Of a stretch of 12,674 nt of DNA, positions 1 to 9,100 are shown piece by piece. The stretch's first letter is position 1. Each line of letters starts with the position of its first letter. Under the pieces are notes generated by a model. The model worked only from the letters and a program-made list of their open reading frames with translations. It ran no database searches and had not been told where the DNA came from. Origin of the DNA: Anaerolineae bacterium (GTDB taxonomy: Bacteria; Chloroflexota; Anaerolineae; S140-20); contig JALUTT010000054.1 in NCBI GenBank assembly GCA_027021705.1, positions 1-12,674 of the forward strand, given 5' to 3'. The position numbers were made by a program, and so were the translations under genes.

Positions 1-149
1 AGGTGCTGATATAGCAGGTCTCGGAACCGGCGAAGTTGGGATTCGCTCATACTCCCAACTTTGCCCGGTTCCGGCCTGATTGTCAAGTCCTCCCAAGGAT
101 GGGAGCAGCTTTGTCAAAAGTCCAATAATATATTACATAAGGAGGATTA
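1..149 (+). promoter_or_regulatory. CRISPR leader (possibly partial)
   Basis: Non-coding, directly abuts the first intact repeat, and has an AT-rich stretch at 111-149 (ttgtcaaaagtccaataatatattacataaggaggatta) in an otherwise GC-rich context. TTGTCA at 111-116 and TAATAT/TATATT at 126-134 are promoter-like, but their spacing is not canonical. Confidence 0.8.
22..73. repeat. Imperfect inverted repeat (about 20-bp arms) in or upstream of the leader; possible terminator or protein-binding site
   Basis: cggaaccggcgaagttggga (22-41) pairs with tcccaactttgcccggttccg (53-73), with one bulge, one G-U pair and an 11-nt loop. There is no clear poly-U tail. Confidence 0.7.
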
Positions 150-3100
150 GTCCCACCCCACAGAATCCCGACCGAGGGATTGAAACAGCATACTGATAAT
201 CTTCCTTGTCAACACTAATCTGAGTCCCACCCCACAGAATCCCGACCGAGGGATTGAAACTCGTATAACCATCTTAAACTCTCCTTACCGAATAAGTCCC
301 ACCCCACAGAATCCCGACCGAGGGATTGAAACATAAAGGAATTCCCTCTAGCAAAAAAGGCAGGAAAAAGTCCCACCCCACAGAATCCCGACCGAGGGAT
401 TGAAACTTCTCTTTTAATTTCGTCGGTTGCGGTGATTGTGGTCCCACCCCACAGAATCCCGACCGAGGGATTGAAACTCCCCGGCCGCATTCGATTCATC
501 TATGTAGGCGGCCGTCCCACCCCACAGAATCCCGACCGAGGGATTGAAACCGCCGGAGCCGGCCGTCCGCTCTGCGAGCAGCTCGAGTCCCACCCCACAG
601 AATCCCGACCGAGGGATTGAAACCGTGGTCGTTGTGGAACGTGCGCAGCTCTTCGGCCAGGTCCCACCCCACAGAATCCCGACCGAGGGATTGAAACCGT
701 AGGCCCCCTGCCCGGAAGTTGGTGTACATCTTGGGTCCCACCCCACAGAATCCCGACCGAGGGATTGAAACGGGCTCTATAAGGCCGGCCTGAGCACCAC
801 GGAGATCGTCCCACCCCACAGAATCCCGACCGAGGGATTGAAACCTCCTGGATGAATCCCCAGATTTTCTGGATGGCCGGGTCCCACCCCACAGAATCCC
901 GACCGAGGGATTGAAACTCTGACCGGTTTGGCCTATCTGAGACCTTAACACTCGTCCCACCCCACAGAATCCCGACCGAGGGATTGAAACACTCTATCGC
1001 CAATTGCGCCCTGATTTATTGCAACGGTCCCACCCCACAGAATCCCGACCGAGGGATTGAAACTTAAGAGCAAGGCCAGAGGATTCATCCTCTTGGGGCG
1101 TCCCACCCCACAGAATCCCGACCGAGGGATTGAAACTTATCAAGACACAATTCCAGATCCAGATATTTAAGGAGTCCCACCCCACAGAATCCCGACCGAG
1201 GGATTGAAACCATTATCACATTTAACCTATTCGGGCGCCCCGGACGGGTCCCACCCCACAGAATCCCGACCGAGGGATTGAAACAATCCGCTTTGCGTCA
1301 TTAGCAAGGCTTTTGACACAAGTCCCACCCCACAGAATCCCGACCGAGGGATTGAAACTCTGACCGGTTTGGCCTATCTGAGACCTTAACACTCGTCCCA
1401 CCCCACAGAATCCCGACCGAGGGATTGAAACAGGCGCTTCTACTTCCGCCTAGCGCTGGCGCTGGGGAGTCCCACCCCACAGAATCCCGACCGAGGGATT
1501 GAAACGAGGGATAGCGCAGCTACCGGAACCGTTCCGCCACGTCCCACCCCACAGAATCCCGACCGAGGGATTGAAACACCTTTCCGGCTCCCCAGCCGGA
1601 CCGGAGACCGGCGTCCCACCCCACAGAATCCCGACCGAGGGATTGAAACTCCCCCACGGACACCTTGTAGAGCGTGCTCTTGGCGTCCCACCCCACAGAA
1701 TCCCGACCGAGGGATTGAAACATCCCACTCTGCGGGATGGGGCTTGAGAGATTGAGCGGTCCCACCCCACAGAATCCCGACCGAGGGATTGAAACCTCGA
1801 GCAGGACCGCGAAGCGGCCCCGCTCCTCGAAGTCCCACCCCACAGAATCCCGACCGAGGGATTGAAACGGGATTCTGTGGGGCGGAGAACGCGCGACTTT
1901 AGAAAGTCCCACCCCACAGAATCCCGACCGAGGGATTGAAACATCCGGGATGCTGATGCCCTTTTCCTTGATCTGCTCGTCCCACCCCACAGAATCCCGA
2001 CCGAGGGATTGAAACGCCCTCTGGGCAATCCCCATCCTGATTAAGACCGCGTCCCACCCCACAGAATCCCGACCGAGGGATTGAAACCATTGCGGATTCC
2101 GACCGGGAAGCGGATATACCCTCCGTCCCACCCCACAGAATCCCGACCGAGGGATTGAAACCGGGGGGTGCTGCCCCGTGTCTATAGGGCTGAGGTGGTC
2201 CCACCCCACAGAATCCCGACCGAGGGATTGAAACGCAGCCCTCTTCGCTGGACAGCACGTCCACGAAGATGTCCCACCCCACAGAATCCCGACCGAGGGA
2301 TTGAAACCACCGGGATTGCTCATCGCATCAAGCGACACGCAGGCGTCCCACCCCACAGAATCCCGACCGAGGGATTGAAACCAGAAATGCCTGGAGGTTA
2401 TGCAGAATTTGGCCGAGTCCCACCCCACAGAATCCCGACCGAGGGATTGAAACTGTGCCCAGGCTGGAGGACGACGGCAAATACTATGTGGTCCCACCCC
2501 ACAGAATCCCGACCGAGGGATTGAAACCGGTCCACGTTCACCGACTATGGCCCATCCGCCGGAGTCCCACCCCACAGAATCCCGACCGAGGGATTGAAAC
2601 CTGAAGGAGGATGACTTCTCCTTCAGCATCCTCCGAGTCCCACCCCACAGAATCCCGACCGAGGGATTGAAACTGGAGGTGGTCCACGCCCCGACCGGCA
2701 ACCCCGCCTAGTCCCACCCCACAGAATCCCGACCGAGGGATTGAAACCATTAAATCTATGGTGGGAATTCCAGAAAACCGATGAGTCCCACCCCACAGAA
2801 TCCCGACCGAGGGATTGAAACCTCTAATGAGCTCCGAAACAGATTATAACGCTCAAGTCCCACCCCACAGAATCCCGACCGAGGGATTGAAACTGGCCAA
2901 ATTAGCAGTCATTCGCAATCAAAATGGCAAGTCCCACCCCACAGAATCCCGACCGAGGGATTGAAACAGGAGGAGATTAGAAAAACTAAGGCCCCGAACT
3001 AACGTCCCACCCCACAGAATCCCGACCGAGGGATTGAAACTACCTCGGCTTCTGGCCCGATTTACTTAGCTACCAGGTCCCACCCCACAGAATCCCGACC

Positions 3101-6100
3101 GAGGGATTGAAACGCAATCTTCCCCTTTTCCCGGACAAACACGGGAGAGGTCCCACCCCACAGAATCCCGACCGAGGGATTGAAACCTCCTCAGGGTTCC
3201 ACTCCACGGGAACGGGGTTGGGGGTCCCACCCCACAGAATCCCGACCGAGGGATTGAAACTTGAATTTGTTTCTCGGCCTTTAACGATTGATGGAAGTCC
3301 CACCCCACAGAATCCCGACCGAGGGATTGAAACTAGAACAGCCACTTCGAGCGTCCGACCGGGGCCAGTCCCACCCCACAGAATCCCGACCGAGGGATTG
3401 AAACTCAATAGCAATTCCAGCCCTAAATGAGAAAATTGAAGTCCCACCCCACAGAATCCCGACCGAGGGATTGAAACACCTACAATGAAGCCGTTGCGTT
3501 CTATAACAAACCGGTGTCCCACCCCACAGAATCCCGACCGAGGGATTGAAACTTCGAGGTGAACTTCTCGATGCTGAACGACGCTATTGTCCCACCCCAC
3601 AGAATCCCGACCGAGGGATTGAAACGGGAGGAGGATATAGTACTCAAGTACTACGATTAGGTCCCACCCCACAGAATCCCGACCGAGGGATTGAAACTTC
3701 CTTAATCCTCTTATTTTCCCTAACTCAATGTTAAGTCCCACCCCACAGAATCCCGACCGAGGGATTGAAACTAACAGCATTAGCAGTAAACGAAGACTTC
3801 ATCTGTAGTCCCACCCCACAGAATCCCGACCGAGGGATTGAAACTTCGACGGAGATTTTGAAGCTGTCGAAGAATTTATTGTCCCACCCCACAGAATCCC
3901 GACCGAGGGATTGAAACATTGAGCGAAACGGTCCCGTTATCGGCTACCGCTTTGGGTCCCACCCCACAGAATCCCGACCGAGGGATTGAAACTCCAAAGC
4001 CCGTTCCTTGTTGAGGTAAGCCCGAAGAGTCCCACCCCACAGAATCCCGACCGAGGGATTGAAACGCCCGGGCGCCGAGGCGCCGGCGTCGCCGGGCGAG
4101 TCCCACCCCACAGAATCCCGACCGAGGGATTGAAACGGGCCACAGGAGGGCCCGGAACCCCACGGGGATCTCCGTCCCACCCCACAGAATCCCGACCGAG
4201 GGATTGAAACGGTTCTCCGTAGCAGCCTCTCCCGCAGCCCGTCAACGTCCCACCCCACAGAATCCCGACCGAGGGATTGAAACCCGCCGCAGAACCGCCG
4301 CCACCACTCGCCCCGTCGGCGTCCCACCCCACAGAATCCCGACCGAGGGATTGAAACAGCCGGGAAGACACTTCTGGCTGGCCCTCGGCATCGGGGGTCC
4401 CACCCCACAGAATCCCGACCGAGGGATTGAAACAGCGGCTGGTTTCATTTCCCCATCTCCAGGATGGCCGGTCCCACCCCACAGAATCCCGACCGAGGGA
4501 TTGAAACCGCGAAGGGATCATCGAAGACTCCCATGACTTCCAGGTCCCACCCCACAGAATCCCGACCGAGGGATTGAAACTCCCCGGCCAGCGCGTCGAA
4601 ATCGCTCTCCTCCAGGTCCCACCCCACAGAATCCCGACCGAGGGATTGAAACAAGAACCAGGACCGGGCCACCATCGGGGGCCTTGAAGTCCCACCCCAC
4701 AGAATCCCGACCGAGGGATTGAAACCTGGCGCCGGGGGCATCCTGGCCCTCGGAGAGTCTCGTCCCACCCCACAGAATCCCGACCGAGGGATTGAAACAC
4801 GTCCTTCGTCGGCCGCCGCATATTGGCCAGCATAGTCCCACCCCACAGAATCCCGACCGAGGGATTGAAACGCCACCATCTGGGCCGCCGTCGAGCCGCT
4901 GGAGCATGTCCCACCCCACAGAATCCCGACCGAGGGATTGAAACGCCGACGCCGGCAACTTCCACGCCGAGATGGATCGGTCCCACCCCACAGAATCCCG
5001 ACCGAGGGATTGAAACCACGGCGAGGAGCCCCGCGAAGGCCCCTCGCCGGCGGGTCCCACCCCACAGAATCCCGACCGAGGGATTGAAACGGGAGCCCTC
5101 GGAATCGCCCCTCGGCATCATAGAGAGTCCCACCCCACAGAATCCCGACCGAGGGATTGAAACTCGGCCTCGGGCGCGGCCGAGGCGATGGTGGGGCTCG
5201 TCCCACCCCACAGAATCCCGACCGAGGGATTGAAACCGAGCCGGCCGAGCCGATTGACGACAAATTGAGCGCCGTCCCACCCCACAGAATCCCGACCGAG
5301 GGATTGAAACTCCGACCTGGCCGAGGCCCTCAAAAACGTGGGGCCCAGTCCCACCCCACAGAATCCCGACCGAGGGATTGAAACGAAGACCCGCACCGCC
5401 CCCTCCAGGACAGCTTGCCGGGTCCCACCCCACAGAATCCCGACCGAGGGATTGAAACCCAACCGCAGTCGTACCCTGCCCCGCACATCGAACATGTCCC
5501 ACCCCACAGAATCCCGACCGAGGGATTGAAACCGCGGCCCCCCGCCACGGGGCGTCCGGGCCGTCGTCGTCCCACCCCACAGAATCCCGACCGAGGGATT
5601 GAAACTTGTCAGGGCAACAGCAGACGGGACACTCCCCCTAGGTCCCACCCCACAGAATCCCGACCGAGGGATTGAAACCTCGTCGAAGACCAGGGTCACC
5701 GGGTAGGCGAGCCGGGTCCCACCCCACAGAATCCCGACCGAGGGATTGAAACTATACTCCACCGAAGCGTTTGTAGAGCTTGTCTGCAAGTCCCACCCCA
5801 CAGAATCCCGACCGAGGGATTGAAACTCGCCCCCGAGGAGGCAGGCGAGAGGGGACCTCGTGTCCCACCCCACAGAATCCCGACCGAGGGATTGAAACCG
5901 GTCAGCTTCTGGTCCTCAGAGCCGTTGTAGAAGGCCGGTCCCACCCCACAGAATCCCGACCGAGGGATTGAAACCTGGAAGCCTACGACATTCTGGAACA
6001 GGGTCTCAAGGTCCCACCCCACAGAATCCCGACCGAGGGATTGAAACGGTTTCCAGGTGGCAGGTGGTTCTGCCGCAGAACCAGGTCCCACCCCACAGAA

Positions 6101-9100
6101 TCCCGACCGAGGGATTGAAACATAGCCCTGCTCGCCAACCTCAATACCTGCTCGGCACGTCCCACCCCACAGAATCCCGACCGAGGGATTGAAACTCTCC
6201 CGGTCGCCACCGGAGACCAGCCGCTTGGGTCCCACCCCACAGAATCCCGACCGAGGGATTGAAACTTCCGCTCAACCTCGACATCCCAGAACGACATCAG
6301 GTCCCACCCCACAGAATCCCGACCGAGGGATTGAAACTGTCCAGGTGATGGATGACTCGGTGATACCCCCAAACGTCCCACCCCACAGAATCCCGACCGA
6401 GGGATTGAAACCCGCCAGAACGCGCAGGAGTGGTACGGCAGGATGTGTCCCACCCCACAGAATCCCGACCGAGGGATTGAAACTGTCTTTAAGGATGAGC
6501 ACCACGCCCTGGTTAACAGCGGTCCCACCCCACAGAATCCCGACCGAGGGATTGAAACCATCCAGCTAAGGACACCGGGATCAAACACCTGTGCCCGGTC
6601 CCACCCCACAGAATCCCGACCGAGGGATTGAAACCTCCTCCAGCACCCCCATTGCTTTGAGGATACCGGCCAGGTCCCACCCCACAGAATCCCGACCGAG
6701 GGATTGAAACCGCCTTGATTTCTTCCATCGCGGTCTCCTTTCCGGCGTCCCACCCCACAGAATCCCGACCGAGGGATTGAAACCGTCTTCGGGGACCGAG
6801 AGGGGGCCGGGACAGGAAATGGTCCCACCCCACAGAATCCCGACCGAGGGATTGAAACGGGCCAGAAGACGCGGAGTGTGATTCCACCACCGCGTCCCAC
6901 CCCACAGAATCCCGACCGAGGGATTGAAACACTACGTGGCTGCTCTGACCGAGGTGGCGGACGTTGGTCCCACCCCACAGAATCCCGACCGAGGGATTGA
7001 AACCGGCTGGCGGGGGCTTCTGGCGGGGCTCCGCGCCGCGTCCCACCCCACAGAATCCCGACCGAGGGATTGAAACGTTCCCGGCCCTCGCTGGGCTGGG
7101 GGGGGCGGCTCCGGTCCCACCCCACAGAATCCCGACCGAGGGATTGAAACGCTATTTGACCTGAAGCGGGCAATGGCGAGGCTGTGGTCCCACCCCACAG
7201 AATCCCGACCGAGGGATTGAAACTCAGGTGCCCTGCCGTTGACTATGCGAAGTAGGCCGTCCCACCCCACAGAATCCCGACCGAGGGATTGAAACCGGAC
7301 CTCGCCCGTCTGTTCGTCAACCGTAGTCCTGTCCCACCCCACAGAATCCCGACCGAGGGATTGAAACACCCTGCGGGACGGCGGATGTTATACTATCATC
7401 CCTGGTCCCACCCCACAGAATCCCGACCGAGGGATTGAAACCACAGGACCCGGTAGGCCCGCAGCATAGAGAGAAAGTCCCACCCCACAGAATCCCGACC
7501 GAGGGATTGAAACCAGCGCTTCCTACTTTCCCTGTTCCCGAACGGAGAGTCCCACCCCACAGAATCCCGACCGAGGGATTGAAACTCCCACGGCAGACGC
7601 ATACGGAGCAAGCTCCGGCTGGTCCCACCCCACAGAATCCCGACCGAGGGATTGAAACACCATGACGTGTCCGTCAACCTGTGCCCACATACTACGTCCC
7701 ACCCCACAGAATCCCGACCGAGGGATTGAAACCGGGAATGTGCCGACCCTGATTGAGGAATGGGAAGAGTCCCACCCCACAGAATCCCGACCGAGGGATT
7801 GAAACCCCAGACGATGGGGCGATCCGACATATCGTGTCTCAGTCCCACCCCACAGAATCCCGACCGAGGGATTGAAACGGCCGGGCGGCATATGACACCC
7901 CGACTCCCCTTGGTCCCACCCCACAGAATCCCGACCGAGGGATTGAAACCTACAATCCTTACCATGACAGCAGAGGGAGATTTGCGTCCCACCCCACAGA
8001 ATCCCGACCGAGGGATTGAAACCCCCTGGAGAGTGGAGGTCCATCGCGGCATGAGCGGGTCCCACCCCACAGAATCCCGACCGAGGGATTGAAACGGTCC
8101 AGTCCTGCGCCTCCTTCAAGAGGCGCAGGGGTCCCACCCCACAGAATCCCGACCGAGGGATTGAAACGGCCCGAAGGCCGCGGACGTAGTGGAACACCTG
8201 ATCGTCCCACCCCACAGAATCCCGACCGAGGGATTGAAACCTCTTCCCCTTGCTCTTCCCCTTTCCCTTGCTCCTGGTCCCACCCCACAGAATCCCGACC
8301 GAGGGATTGAAACGGAGAACAACCAGGTTGTATATGATGCGGAGAAGGCGTCCCACCCCACAGAATCCCGACCGAGGGATTGAAACTTCCCCTATCCCCC
8401 AGGTTTGTGGCCTTGCGCCACGGTCCCACCCCACAGAATCCCGACCGAGGGATTGAAACTTCCCTTCTTCTTCCACTCGGGAGGAGAAGTTATAAGTCCC
8501 ACCCCACAGAATCCCGACCGAGGGATTGAAACAGGACCTATGATACCCTGACCAAGGTGATCAGGGCGGTCCCACCCCACAGAATCCCGACCGAGGGATT
8601 GAAACCAGGAGTTCTAGAGAGGCATCGAGACGCCGTATCGCGTCCCACCCCACAGAATCCCGACCGAGGGATTGAAACTTTCGGGTAAATCTGTCAACCC
8701 TCTCCCAACCTCCTGGGTCCCACCCCACAGAATCCCGACCGAGGGATTGAAACGTCATACAACCACACCTTACGCGGGAGATCAACCTTGAGTCCCACCC
8801 CACAGAATCCCGACCGAGGGATTGAAACGGGCATCGAGTAGACCCCTTCTCCGGGGAGATCCTGGGTCCCACCCCACAGAATCCCGACCGAGGGATTGAA
8901 ACCCGCTTCTCAGGCGCTCTGCCTGGAAGCACCCTCGGGTCCCACCCCACAGAATCCCGACCGAGGGATTGAAACTCGGACCACCAGATGGGAGGGTCCG
9001 GGTTCGACGTGCGTCCCACCCCACAGAATCCCGACCGAGGGATTGAAACTGCAGCTCGGGGCTCAGGCTGGCGATCGCCTCCCCCAGTCCCACCCCACAG

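Noticed and set aside
139..145. Shine-Dalgarno-like AAGGAGG just before repeat 1
   Set aside because: No start codon or credible ORF follows; it is part of the leader.
8314..8349. S112 reverse frame reads LLRIIYNLV, like an IS110 C-terminal helix, suggesting an anti-IS spacer
   Set aside because: No nucleotide match to the IS sequence in the window, the opposite strand gives an equally plausible peptide (ENNQVVYDAEK), and it is too short to call.
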